DNA of 64,000 bases from Ophelia neglecta (lineage: Eukaryota), in NCBI GenBank assembly GCA_965285935.1, contig OZ260664.1, positions 108,190,001-108,254,000 of the forward strand, given 5' to 3'. The position numbers and the translations under genes are program-made. The notes under the pieces were generated by a model that was given only the letters and a program-made list of their open reading frames with translations, made no database searches and had not been told where the DNA came from. Of the stretch, positions 14,216-27,843 are shown one piece after another; position 1 is the first letter of the stretch; every line of letters begins with the position of its first letter.

Positions 14216-15611
14216 GTCACAATTTGGTACCCCCTCTCCGAATCAATACACATAAAACTAGACACTGTCCTAGTTTGTTAACGCCAAAATGTCTTGCATA
14301 ATAATGGAACCTACCGAATGCATTGTTAAATATTTACAACAGTAAAGAGTTATTTGTGCGCCCGCTAAGAGTTCAGAGATTCGACGGGAGTTAATAAAAC
14401 ACGTTTATATAAACAACATGTACTTGTAAAAAGAACCAAAGTATCTGGAGAATATAATGTAGAATGAAATATATTATAAGACTGACTCCCGTGCAATTGT
14501 ATATTATGTCTTAATGTGGAACTTCCTAGTTTTAGATGGAATTATGCTCGATGTGAAGAGAACCAGCGTGGTATATTTAAGTTGTTTAGATAATGGCACG
14601 TCTATCCGGTACTGTGTATAATGAATTTTGCAAAAACAGTTGTATGTGACCTTCTGTACAGTGAAATAGAGTTATCATCTGAGGCGGCTTTCAGACAAGA
14701 CTGTGATGTGACCATGCATTCGTAGGTAGTCTGTGGGCAGTACAATATGCTGCTTCTTCGCCTACGGCCTCTATGAGTCCATTACAGCAGTACGAATGAC
14801 ATGGTGCCCATATTAACATGTTCGAAACCCGTGTTCCATCAACTCTATTCTCATTTTATAGACAGTTTTGTATTGCAACGCTCCATAAACTCCATGGTAA
14901 GACATTATACAGGAAATAAGATAGGGGTGCTCATTGCTCAAACGTGGATGTCACAGCTGTCTATATGGCGACCATCTCCCTCCTACACTTTAAACGTAAC
15001 ATTGAATTATAAATTGGCTAACGGGAATGAAAAATGCGAATGTATTATTGCCAATTCTAACATGCAATACCTAATTTTAGCAAACGTTATGTTATCTTAT
15101 TGTAACATATAACATCGTACAATGCTCCAGTTGTAACCTATACACCTTCATGCAGTGCCCACTAATAACTATGTGTGTTATGATTGACGCCAGCACGTAG
15201 TTGACTCCACTTCCACACCTACTCAAAGAATTCCATTCTAACAATCACCATGTTGACTAATTTCCTAGTGAAGACGATCATCATTGTTAACATTGACATA
15301 ATTTGTAATTTCTGCGGTCACTTCCGATAAAAATACAAAAAAAGTAAATAAAGCGTGCAGAAATAGGAGAATACTATGGAAAACACGTGAAGCCTTCATT
15401 ATTCTTGACATCAAATATTGTTATTTGTACATACAAATGGCTCGTAATTATGGTAAATAATACGACAAGTGATACATGGCGTGGGCTAGTAAATATCACT
15501 GGGAGACAGACTAATAACTGATCATAGGTTGTCGGAAGTTGGAAACTGAAACCGTACTGCATATTACTATATAATTTTGAGCACCTGGTAGGTTCAGCCT
15601 TCTGCTCACGG

Positions 15612-16118
15612 TTATTAATAATTTCAGACCGGTTTTATCGAATACTCCTGAGGTGTAGATTTCGCTTATTCTGGTATCTACTTCGGATTATTTTGCCTAT
15701 CTTATGTTTGCTATTACAGTTTAAATTTTCAATTATACAAGGTTATCTAGTGAACCGTCCAAAGAAATGAATTGTTGGTTTAACTCGTGTTGGATGAAAC
15801 GTTTGAAATTAGATGGACATCGTGATAATACATTTTAAGTATTATTTCGATACTCCTGTTTTTACAGCAAGCGAGTTTTACGCTACAGCTAGGATATATG
15901 TTACTGCGATCTTTTCTCTCCGAGTATGGCACCCTGGATCAACAGGTCACTTAATCATGATTTATTACATGTTCTCACTTTGCTAGTTTTGTGCAAACCA
16001 GGGCAGATGAAATAATTTTCAAGTTGTATAAAAACTGGTTCATCTTTCTCTTTAACACAATTGTATATCAGGAATACTCAGGAATAGTCTATAAAATAGG
16101 TTCATACTTATTATAACG
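15612..16118. mobile_element. old non-autonomous DNA element with ~40-bp degenerate TIRs
   Basis: Left gttattaataat..ttttatcgaatactcctgag compares with the reverse complement of the right end, gttataataagt..ttttatagactattcctgag. Confidence 0.45.
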
Positions 16119-16151
16119 GTCAGCTGCAGACCCACCAACATCAATCCCCAG

Positions 16152-16600
16152 GATTGATGTTTGTGGGTCTGCAGCAGGCCGTTCTTGGGGATTGATGTTT
16201 GTGGGTCTGCAGCTGACGGTTCCTGGGGATTGATGTTTGTGGGTCTGCAGCTGACGGTTCCTGGGATTGATGTTTGTGGGTCTTCAGCTGGTGGGTCCTG
16301 GAGATTGGTGTTTGTGGGTCTGCAGCTGACGGTTTCTAACGGTTGATGTTTGAGGGCCTGCAGCTGATGATTCCTGGGGACTGATGTTTGTGGGCGTACT
16401 GCGCACGGTTTCTTGCGATTGGTGTTTGTGGGGCCGCAGCTGACGGTTCCTGGGGATTCATGTTTACGGGCCCGTAGCTGACGGCTCCTGGGGATTCATG
16501 TTTACGGGCCCGCAGCTGACTGCTCCTGGGGATTGAGAATATTGAGCCTGCAACTGGTGGTGCTTGGGGATTTATGTTTGTGGACATGCAGCTGGTGGTG
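16152..16600. repeat. 38-bp minisatellite, ~12 copies (gtgggtctgcagctgacggttcctggggattgatgttt)
   Basis: Units start at 16201 and 16239 (period 38) and diverge to the right. An inverted partial unit precedes the array. Confidence 0.9.
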
Positions 16601-17823
16601 AATTTGGACCGATTAAGCTGTCTATTATTGAACAATAATTTTAGCCCAAGATCCGTATTTTGTGTCTCATTGTCGAGGCTTACTACTCCTTAAGTTGCCT
16701 CGAGCGTTTATAGTTCTCTGTAATCTGATTAAATCACTGATCCATTAGGAGGCATTCCCGAGATAGATTACGAGCTGATATGTAACTAGGCCATGAAAAG
16801 CCTTAAGTAAAAAACAATTGACTAACGTTTTTTCCACAAGCAAGCGCCTGCCTGGGCGATGTTGAAACCCAAATCACCTGCTCGAGGATAATAGATTCCT
16901 GTACATGTATACTAGAAATACTATGTAAACCAGAAATAATCATGTAAGAATTGGAACTCAGCAGTACTAGTATTCGTGTTCAGTAGAGGCAGATACACTC
17001 AGTATTATTGTCACTAATTCCAGTCGATCATAGCTTTTGATTTCGAACATAATCAGTGACATTACAGCCTTGATATAACATAAGCAAAGAAATGTACGCC
17101 TGCAGGAATACATATAGGTATTAGGTTGTTGTAATTGCTATTTTCCCCACGCAGTAGCATGATTTTGAGAATTAAATGTATTGAGTGAACGTCTCGGGTA
17201 ATGTAATAACTAGGCCTGTGGGTGGGTGCCGGAAATTACAATGATTAGCTGGTGTTTGGTATTACTACCTAATGGCAGATGAGGTGTTAAAGAACACTCC
17301 TATTACACGGCCTACCAGGGGGCGGAACCTTCCTGATATACAGATACATTCGCTTAGACGATTGGAGTCCACATGAATGTCATCTAAGCATTGTACCCTG
17401 CTTACCCTACTAAAAATATACAAATCAAGGTCGTGATATCACTTATGGGATATTAATCGCTTCACTCTTTTAGGCTTGTCTTGTGGCGTTGTTAATTCAT
17501 ATAAACTAAAAGTCACTGCCTACCCACATCTTCCATGAACGATTAGAAAAATAAGATTCAGACAGTAATAATTCTAATCCATTTAGCACCGGTTTTTATT
17601 AACCGTTCTTGTTGGCTAATTTTGCCTTGTCTGTCTTTCATAATTTTCCTTGTGAACTATATATAAGAATTTATTGCCAGGTATTCAACATTTTTTGTCT
17701 TTGTACCAGATTTTTTCTTCGGTATTTTATTGTCATATATACGATAGCACATTCAAGCTTAAAGTTATGTCCGTTATGTTAAATCATTGTTAAATACATA
17801 TATATATATATATATATTCTAGG

Positions 17824-17912
17824 GGTCTCCCTGACAATAATGACAGTCGCCCTGTCCATAATGAAAGTCTCCCTGACCACAATGACAGTCTCCTGACCAT
17901 AATTACAGTCTC
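17824..17912. repeat. short ~21-23 bp tandem repeat (~4 copies), next to a (TA)n tract
   Basis: gtctccctgac(a/c)ataatgaca repeated. Confidence 0.7.
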
Positions 17913-20395
17913 TGTGGCTTGGAGGTTCTCGTCGAGGAACGGTGGATTCTCAAAATTAAGTTTATTTGTTATGTATTATCATGTGGTCAAATTAAATGTC
18001 CCGAATCGTCCTTCAAAATCGTCCAAACTAAAATGCTCGCTTATTATGTGAATTACCTGAATCCATATTATGCTTAGATCAAATTGAGTTGTACCATCAC
18101 TACTTATGTAAGTACGAAAGTGTGCACGGACAGTAGTTCTGGCCTTAATAGTGTCAATTAAACGAAAATCTATGAGCAATTAAGGCCTTTCACAGTACCT
18201 TACCTACATAATAAAACGACATGGTTCTATATTCGGATATAACAAAACCAAATTGGAGTAGATAGCTGGCGAACAAAGGGAAATCATTAATCAAGAATAT
18301 TCCATGTAATCGGTCCCAGATCCATCGACTTGAAGTCCGCAAACATCAATGCCAGTTCAGTAGCTGTGTGCACAGATAAACATTCCCATTGAGACTATCC
18401 TGGAAGGCACGGTTATTCGAACTTCACACGCCGTTTGTTATTCTGGTTGAACGTCAATGTCCGTAAACCCGTACGATCCTATTGGCAGCGTCCTCCATGT
18501 ATGATCATCGTGGTTTCCTAACAGAGTACATGTCCCAGGCAGCATTCAAACATGGCATGTTTGTGTTACGTGGCTTGGTATAAATTACACGGTGTTGCCT
18601 GTCCTTTAGCCCGGATCTACCTCTGCCGCTGCATTTCCACTAGGCACTTAATAGTACAACCATTGGTTGAAAAGTACAAATCTCTGGACCAACGAGATAA
18701 ACATGAGTGACGGGTGGGGGGGGGGGGCGTATATACCAATAATTCAGACAGCATGACGTATGATGCCAGATAGCGCCAGTAGAAGCGCTGATGCGAGATG
18801 ATACACACAGGATGTCAAGCCTATCAAAATGAAAAGGATACTTGTTGATGACGTGATGATACAAGCCACGATTGGAAGAACGTTTGGTTGTGAAGTGTCA
18901 CGGACACTTTTAATAAGGCATAATTCAACTATTTGTCTGACAACAGGAACAAGAGGCTTTGGGGGGGGGATTGTCCTTAGGCATAATCAGGGCAGTGAAT
19001 ATCATTATATATGTATAGGTCACGTAATTGAAGCTCAGGATAGATGAAAACAGGCTGTAAAATAGTAGGGTAGTAATGAGAGTCAAGAAATATCATGTTG
19101 TTGAATGATTTAAGCAAATGAAAGCAAAGTGAGGAAAGGCAGGGAGGGAAATAGTAGCGCGTAGACGTGCAGATTGAAGACTAGCAGCTTCAGAGCCTAA
19201 CACCGGATGCTAAGAATGCCCTAACGAGCTGGTGGACTGTACACGTGTCGACACATTACACCGTGCACACGTGTGAATGGCTGCTTTGTAGATTAATGTC
19301 GATGTTTGTGTGTACGATTCATTTCCAATTCTTTTCCTATACTCGATGAGAGTCACATATAAAACACACTTACAGATATACCATGTGTGAGCCAGCCTTC
19401 CGCTTCCATATTATCAAACAAGCTTGTAGTTATAGTTAACCTTACACCGATACCAATCCCACTGCATGCTCTAATCTAACCAGGACATGTGAAACACATA
19501 TTGTAAGAAGCATATTGTAAGAAGCGGTTGTAATGTCGCGGTTCAACATTAGGCGGTAAAGGGGGTCCCCGGTCGTGATATCAATTGTTGCATTCACTAT
19601 TGTTGCCTCATCATGCAACGCCATGTATTGTTTCTAACCACGGCATACGGGATGATACACCCTGTAAGCAAACAAATCAGAAGCACCAATTTCTTATAAG
19701 TCTATGCTAAATAATTATATTTCTTAAGTAGAAACTGAAGGATAGTGGATAATAATGGCTGATGTGCAACTAAGCAAAGGCTTGCGAAAACACCATACAC
19801 TAGAACTATTGGGTGTTCAATGTGTTCGTTATCAAGCCTCTGTATTATATAACTGTGAATTTAACATTCCATATGATGTGTCATTTAAAACATATAAATA
19901 CCTGATTAAGAATACCTTATTGGAATTGTTGGATACCTAGGACTACAAGTAGTAGTCATGTACTGTAATGTTGTCACCCTGACCAGTAACCTTCACCTTT
20001 TCTATTCTGTCCTTTTTTCTTCAATATTTTTTTCCTCTCCCTCTTCTCTCATTTATATGTATAATCAATATACTTAATCATATTATTATAAGTCCGGGTA
20101 AATAAGCTGATTTACAGCTTCACCCTATTGCTAAATATATGTTGTCTACAATCATTTATGGATGTATGAATGTATCAAACTAGCAATAAACTGCTGAAAT
20201 TGAGCCTATGGGTCTGTAGTTATCATATGGATTAAAGGTGAAGCATGACAAACCCATCACAAGTTGTTTACACTACGTTCCTGTAAAGGAACCTTTATTA
20301 CAAGAAAGCAATACAATATGACCGGTTTCTAATTCCAGGGTGGGGGGGGGGATGGCATCTATGCTTCGAATTGTTCTTCATTGAGCGGTTGGAAT

Positions 20396-22088
20396 ATTTG
20401 TCCTTCAGGACCATGTTGTCCCGGAGGAGCATTTGTCCTTCAGGATCATGTTTTCCCGGAGGAGCATTTGTCCTTCAGGACCATGTTGTCCCGGAGGAGC
20501 ATTTGCCTTCAGGACCATGTTGTCCCGGAGGAGCATTTGTCCTTTTTCAGGACCATGTTGTCCCGGAGGAGCATTTGTCCTTCAGGACCATGTTGTCCCG
20601 GAGGAGCATTTGTCCTTCAGGACCATGTTGTCCCGGAGGAGCATTTGTCCTTCAAGACCATGTTGTCCCGGAGGAGCATTTGTCCTTCAGGACCATGTTG
20701 TCCCGGAGGAGCATTTGTCCTTCAGGACCATGTTGTCCCGGAGGAGCATTTGTCCTTCAGGACCATGTTGTCCCGGAGGAGCATTTGTCCTTCAGGACCA
20801 TGTTGTCCCGGAGGAGCATTTGTCCTTCAGGACCATGTTGTCCCGGAGGAGCATTTGTCCTTCAGGACCATGTTGTCCCGGAGGAGCATTTGTCCTTCAG
20901 GACCATGTTGTCCCGGAGGAGCATTTGTCCTTTAGGACTATGTTGTCCCGGAGGAGCATTTGTCCTTCAGGACCATGTTGTCCCGGAGGAGCATTTGTCC
21001 TTCAGGACCATGTTGTCCCGGAGGAGCATTTGTCCTTCAGGACCATGTTGTCCCGGAGGAGCATTTGTCCTTCAGGACCATGTTGTCCCGGAGGAGCATT
21101 TGTCCTTCAGGACCATGTTGTCCCGGAGGAGCATTTGTCCTTCAGGACCATGTTGTCCCGGAGGAGCATTTGTCCTTCAGGACCATGTTGTCCCAGAGGA
21201 GCATTTGTCCTTCAGGACCATGTTGTCCCGGAGGAGCATTTGTCCTTCAGGACCATGTTGTCCCGGAGGAGCATTTGTCCTTCAGGACCATGTTGTCCCG
21301 GAGGAGCATTTGTCCTTCAGGACCATGTTGTCCCGGAGGAGCATTTGTCCTTCAGGACCATGTTGTCCCGGAGGAGCATTTGTCCTTTAGGACTATGTTG
21401 TCCCGGAGGAGCATTTGTCCTTCAGGACCATGTTGTCCCGGAGGAGCATTTGTCCTTCAGGACCATGTTGTCCCGGAGGAGCATTTGTCCTTCAGGACCA
21501 TGTTGTCCCGGAGGAGCATTTGTCCTTCAGGACCATGTTGTCCCGGAGGAGCATTTGTCCTTCAGGACCATGTTGTCCCGGAGGAGCATTTGTCCTTCAG
21601 GACCATGTTGTCCCGGAGGAGCATTTGTCCTTCAGGACCATGTTGTCCCAGAGGAGCATTTGTCCTTCAGGACCATGTTGTCCCGGAGGAGCATTTGTCC
21701 TTCAGGACCATGTTGTCCCGGAGGAGCATTTGTCCTTCAGGACCATGTTGTCCCGGAGGAGCATTTGTCCTTCAGGACCATGTTGTCCCGGAGGAGCATT
21801 TGTCCTTCAGGACCATGTTGTCCCGGAGGAGCATTTGTCCTTCAGGACCATGTTGTCCCGGAGGAGCATTTGTCCTTCAGGACCATGTTGTCCCGGAGGA
21901 GCATTTGTCCTTCAGGACCATGTTGTCCCGGAGGAGCATTTGTCCTTCAGGACCATGTTGTCCCGGAGGAGCATTTGTCCTTCAGGACCATGTTGTCCCG
22001 GAGGAGCATTTGTCCTTCAGGACCATGTTGTCCCGGAGGAGCATTTGTCCTTCAGGAGCATGTTGTCCTTGAGAAGCATTTTGTCCTT
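20396..22088. repeat. 35-bp homogeneous minisatellite, ~48 copies (gtccttcaggaccatgttgtcccggaggagcattt)
   Basis: Near-perfect tandem copies with period 35. Confidence 0.97.
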
Positions 22089-22743
22089 GTGTCTTTTTTC
22101 CTCAACATTCAGTTAAGCATTGGGTATATAAGCTAGGCTTAGGAAGCACGCCCAAGGACGAACACCCTTTATATTCTGTCCCCGCCCCTGCTTTCACAAA
22201 TGCCTGATGTCGTTAACGGCATTGCATGTGTGTGGAATATCGGAAATGTGCCCGAGGAAAAGCTAAGGTTTGGCATAAGCATGGCGAGAAATAGACCTTC
22301 TTTACACCCTGAGAGCAAACAAATTCGTTTGGGAGGAGAATAGCATCTTGAGGTTAAGGTCCTTCACAAAAGAACCATACACTTGCCTTGGTCTGGCGGT
22401 ATTCCCCAGAACTTCAGTTTGGGGCACGACCTCGTTGATTCCTCGTCCACCTAGCTTTCTTTTAATATTATGTTCGATGGTTATTTGCGGTATGACGATG
22501 CTCCACCCTGTTTATATAGTTGTACATTTGACGTGTGCTTGTACAAACTTACCCATGACTATAAGTTTAGTGCGCAGTTTTGTCATCCCGGGGTCAGTGG
22601 ATGTGCTACAACGCATTTTTCATCACAACTGCTAAGTATAACCTAGTCAGTAAAGCGTCATGTAAATTTGTCACAGTCTATTATAACATTGCAGAATTTT
22701 AATGAAGGAATGGCGTAAAATGGTTAATCCCTAATCTTGGGAA

Positions 22744-23120
22744 GTGCCGTGGTAACTGGGTATATGTGCCCCATCAGGGGTAGTGCCATGGATACTGGGT
22801 ATATGTGCCCCATCAGGGGTAGTGCCATGGATACTGGGTATATGTGCCCCATCAGGGGTAGTGCCATGGATACTGGGTATATGTGCCATATCAGGGGTAG
22901 AGCCATGGATACTGGGTATATGTGCCATATCAGGGGCAGTGCCATGGATACTGGGTATATGTGCCATATCAGGGGCAGTGCCATGGATACTGGGTATATG
23001 TGCCATATCAGGGGTAGCGCCATGGATACTGGGTATATGTGCCATATTAGGGGTAGAGCCGTGGATATTGGATATGTGCTAAATGAGGGGCAGTGCCATT
23101 GATACTGGATTTGGGTCATA
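22744..23120. repeat. 39-bp minisatellite, ~9.5 copies (gtgccatggatactgggtatatgtgccccatcaggggta)
   Basis: Direct tandem copies. The 13-aa periodicity in the ORF track reflects the 39-bp unit. Confidence 0.95.
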
Positions 23121-23808
23121 TATCATGTCACAAGGCACGTCGCGCATGATCTTGAAATTTCTAATCAAGGTTGAGTGCTTTTCCACCTTAGGCCATGATA
23201 TACCTAAATACTAATCACTGAACTAACATTCAAACGCCCATTGAGGTTCTTTGAATCACTACTACTCGGATGAAGAGGCTTAAGTGAGTCTAAAAGCGGC
23301 AGCTTTTCAGTATATAAACGCCATACCCATTCACTAGGTACTAAGCTTGTCCTGATCATGTCGACAGCCACCACCTTAGAGGATTATGTGAAAGGCGCTG
23401 CATGTTATACATTTGAGAAAAAAGCCTTAGCTTCGCCCACTTGTTTATCCCTTAGGTGAATTCACTAATAATGTAATGACCATTTGGCCACTGGAGGGCG
23501 TAGAGTCATAAATATTGTTAGTAACTTTATATCAATCGTCCAGTGAGAAGAGTAATCCTATTCCCGCATAATGACCCAGGGATAATACCATCGCCTCCGG
23601 GGTGATGGTGGGGGGGGGGGGGGAGGGGGGTTGGCATAATAATTGTGCCAAACCAAACACATGAATTGGACTCAAGATTCGGTAGTAGATTTATGTTCAT
23701 TCAGGAATGGGTATTTCGCCGGATTTCTCTTCCTGTCAGCCCAGAGCGCACCCAATGCGTCAACACATTCGAATCATGTATGGCTTGCGACGAGAAGTGT
23801 AACTCAAT

Positions 23809-26800
23809 GAAGTCCATACCTATGTTAACACTTAGAAACCAGGGTGCTATGTGACAACCCCACTGTACACGCAGACAGTGAGTAGAAGTCCATACCTATG
23901 TTAACACTTAGAACTCAGGGTGCTATGTGACAACCCAACTGTACACGCAGACAGCGGTTAGAAGTCCATACCTATGTTAACACTTAGAACCCAGGGTGAT
24001 ATGTGACAACCCAACTGTACACACAGACAGCGATTAGAAGTCCATACCTATGTTAACACTTAGAACCCAGGGTGCTATGTGACAACCCAACTGTACACGC
24101 AGACAGCGATAAGACGTCCATACCTATGTTAACACTTAGAACCCAGGGTGCTATGTGACAACCCAACTGTACACGCAGACAGCGATAAGACGTCCATACC
24201 TATGTTAACACTTAGAACCCAGGGTGCTATGTGACAACCCAACTGTACACGCAGACAGCGATCAGAAGACCATACCTATGTTAACACTTAGAACCCAGGG
24301 TGCTATGTGACAACCCAACTGTACACGCAGACAGCGATAAGACGTCCATACCTATGTTAACACTTAGAACCCAGGGTGCTATGTGACAACCCAACTGTAC
24401 ACACAGACAGCGATTAGAAGTCCATACCTATGTTAACACTTAGAACCCAGGGTGCTATGTGACAACCCAACTGTACACGCAGACAGCGATAAGACGTCCA
24501 TACCTTTGTTAACACTTAGAACCCAGGGTGCTATGTGACAACCCAACTGTACACGCAGACAGCGATCAGAAGACCATACCTATGTTAACACTTAGAACCC
24601 AGGGTGCTATGTGACAACCCAACTGTACACGCAGACAGCGATTAGAAGTCCATACCTATGTTAACATTTAGAACCCAGGGTGCTATGTGACAACCCAACT
24701 GCACACGCAGACAGCGATTAGAGGTCCATACCTATGTTAACACTTAGAACCCAGAATGCTATGTGACAACCCAACTGTACACGCAGACAGCGATTAGAAG
24801 ACCATACCTATGTTAACACTTAGAACCCAGGGTGCTATGTGACAACCCCACTGTACACGCAGACAGCCATTAGAAGTCCATACCTATGTTAACACTTAGA
24901 ACCCAGGGTGCTATGTGACAACCCAACTGTACACGCAGACAGCCATTAGAAGACCATACCTATGTTAACACTTAGAACCCAGGGTGCTATGTGACAACCC
25001 AACTGTACACGTAGAGAGCGATTAGAAGACCATACCTATGTTAACACTTAGAATCCAGGGTGCTATGTGACAACCCAACTGTACACGCAGAAAGCGATTA
25101 GAAGACCATACCTATGTTAACACTTAGAACCCAGGGTGCTATGTGACAACCTAACTGTACACGCAGACAGCGATAAGACGTCCATACCTATGTTAACACT
25201 TAGAACCCAGGGAGCTATGTGACAACCCAACTGTACACGCAGACAGCGATTAGAAGTCCATACCTATGTTAACACTTAGAACCAGGGTGCTATGTGACAA
25301 CCCAACTGTACACGCAGACAGCTGTTAGAAGACCATACCTATGTTAACACTTAGAACCCAGGGTGCTATGTGACAACCCAACTGTACACGCAGACATCGA
25401 TTAGAGGTCCATACCTATGTTAACACTTAGAACCCAGGGTGCTATGTGACAACCCAACTGTACACGCAGACAGCGGTTAGAAGACCATACCTATGTTAAC
25501 ACTTAGAACCCAGGGTGCTATGTGACAACCCCACTGTACACGCAGACAGCCATTAGAAGTCCATACCTATGTTAACACTTAGAACCCAGGGTGCTATGTG
25601 ACAACCCAACTGTACACGCAGACAGCCATTAGAAGACCATACCTATGTTAACACTTAGAACCCAGGGTGCTATGTGACAACCCAACTGTACACGTAGAGA
25701 GCGATTAGAAGACCATACCTATGTTAACACTTAGAATCCAGGGTTCTATGTGACAACCCAACTGTACACGCAGACAGCGATTAGAAGACCATACCTATGT
25801 TAACACTTAGAACCCAGGGTGCTATGTGACAACCCCACTGTACACGCAGACAGCCATTAGAAGTCCATACCTATGTTAACACTTAGAACCCAGGGTGCTA
25901 TGTGACAACCCAACTGTACACGTAGAGAGCGATTAGAAGACCATACCTATGTTAACACTTAGAATCCAGGGTGCTATGTGACAACCCAACTGTACACGCA
26001 GACAGCCATTAAAAGTCCATACCTATGTTAACACTTAGAACCCAGGGTGCTATGTGACAACCTAACTGTACACGCAGACAGTGGTTAGAAGTCCATACCT
26101 ATGTTAACACTTAGAACCCAGGGTGCTATGTGACAACCCAACTGTACACGCAGACAGCGATTAGAAGTCCATACCTATGTTAACACTAAGAACCCAGGGT
26201 GCTATGTGACAACCCAACTGTACACGCAGACAGCGGTTAAAAGTCCATACCTATGTTAACATTTAGAATCCAGGGTGCTATGTGACAACCCCACTGTACA
26301 CGCAGACAGCGATAAGACGTCCATACCTATGTTAACACTTAGAACCCAGGGTGCTATGTGACAACCTAACTGTACACGCAGACAGCGATCAGTCAATACC
26401 TATGTTAACACTTAGAACCCAGGGTGCTATGTGACAACCTAACTGTACACGCAGACAGCGATTAGAAGACCATACCTATGTTAACACTTAGAACCCAGGG
26501 TTCTATGTGACAACCCAACTGTACACGCAGACAGCGATAAGACGTCCATACCTATGTTAACACTTAGAACCCAGGGTGCTATGTGACAACCCAACTGTAC
26601 ACGTAGAGAGCGATTAGAAGACAATACCTATGTTAACACTTAGAATCCAGGGTGCTATGTGACAACCCAACTGTACACGCAGACAGTGGTAAGAAGTCCA
26701 TACCTATGTTAACACTTAGAACCCATGGTGCTATGTGACAACCCAACTGTACACGTAGAGAGCGATTAGAAGACCATACCTATGTTAACACTTAGAATCC

Positions 26801-27843
26801 AGGGTGCTATGTGACAACCCAACTGTACACGCAGACAGTGGTAAGAAGTCCATACCTATGTTAACATTTAGAACCCAGGGTGCTATGTGACAACCCAACT
26901 GCACACGCAGACAGCGATTAGAGGTCCATACCTATGTTAACACTTAGAACCCAGGGTGCTATGTGACAACCCAACTGTACACGCAGACAGCGATTAGAAG
27001 ACCATACCTTTGTTAACACTTAGAACCCAGGGTGCTATGTGACAACCCAACTGTACACGCAGACAGCCATTAGAAGACCATACCTATGTTAACACTTAGA
27101 ACCCAGGGTGCTATGTGACAACCCAACTGTACACGTAGAGAGCGATTAGAAGACCATACCTATGTTAACACTTAGAATCCAGGGTGCTATGTGACAACCC
27201 AACTGTACACGCAGACAGTGGTTAAAAGTCCATACCTATGTTAACACTTAGAACCCAGGGTGCTATGTGACAACCTAACTGTACACGCAGACAGCGATTA
27301 GAAGACCATACCTCTGTTAGCACTTAGAACCCAGGGTTCTATGTGACAACCCAACTGTACACACATACAGCGATAAGACGTCCATACCTATGTTAACACT
27401 TAGAACCCAGGGTGCTATGTGACAACCCAACTGTACAAGCAGACAGCGATCAGTCAATACCTATGTTAACACTTAGAACCCAGGGTGCTATGTGACAACC
27501 CAACTGTACAAGCAGACAACGATCAGTCAATACCTATGTTAACACTTAGAACCCAGGGTGCTATGTGACAACCTAACTGTACACGCAGACAGCGATTAGA
27601 AGACCATACCTCTGTTAGCACTTAGAACCCAGGGAGCTATGTGACAACCCAACTGTACACGCAGACAGCGATTACAGGTCCATACCTATGTTAACACTTA
27701 GCACCCAGGGTTCTATGTGACAACCCAACTGTACACGCAGACAGCGATAAGACGTCCATACCTATGTTAACACTTAGAACCCAGGGTGCTATGTGACAAC
27801 CCAACTGTACACGCAGACTGCGATAAGACGTCCATACCTATGT
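23809..27843. repeat. 76-bp satellite array, ~53 copies (catacctatgttaacacttagaacccagggtgctatgtgacaacccaactgtacacgcagacagcgattagaagtc)
   Basis: Units start at 23815, 23891 and 23967 (period 76). About 55 bp is a conserved core and about 20 bp is more variable. Confidence 0.97.

Noticed and set aside
20371-22136. Long ORFs (184-567 aa) in all three + frames
   Set aside because: Artefact of a stop-free 35-bp unit. All frames give the same 35-aa cycle and there is no unique flanking coding sequence.
22724-23119. 13-aa repeat ORFs on both strands
   Set aside because: By-product of the 39-bp repeat. No evidence favouring a frame or splice sites.
23809-27843. CRISPR array or tandem tRNA genes (76-nt unit that can be read GGGTGCT...AGAACCCA)
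   Set aside because: The variable parts are related, recurring variants rather than unique spacers, there are no cas genes and the context is eukaryotic. There are no A/B boxes or cloverleaf, and the apparent acceptor stem is just the local palindrome.
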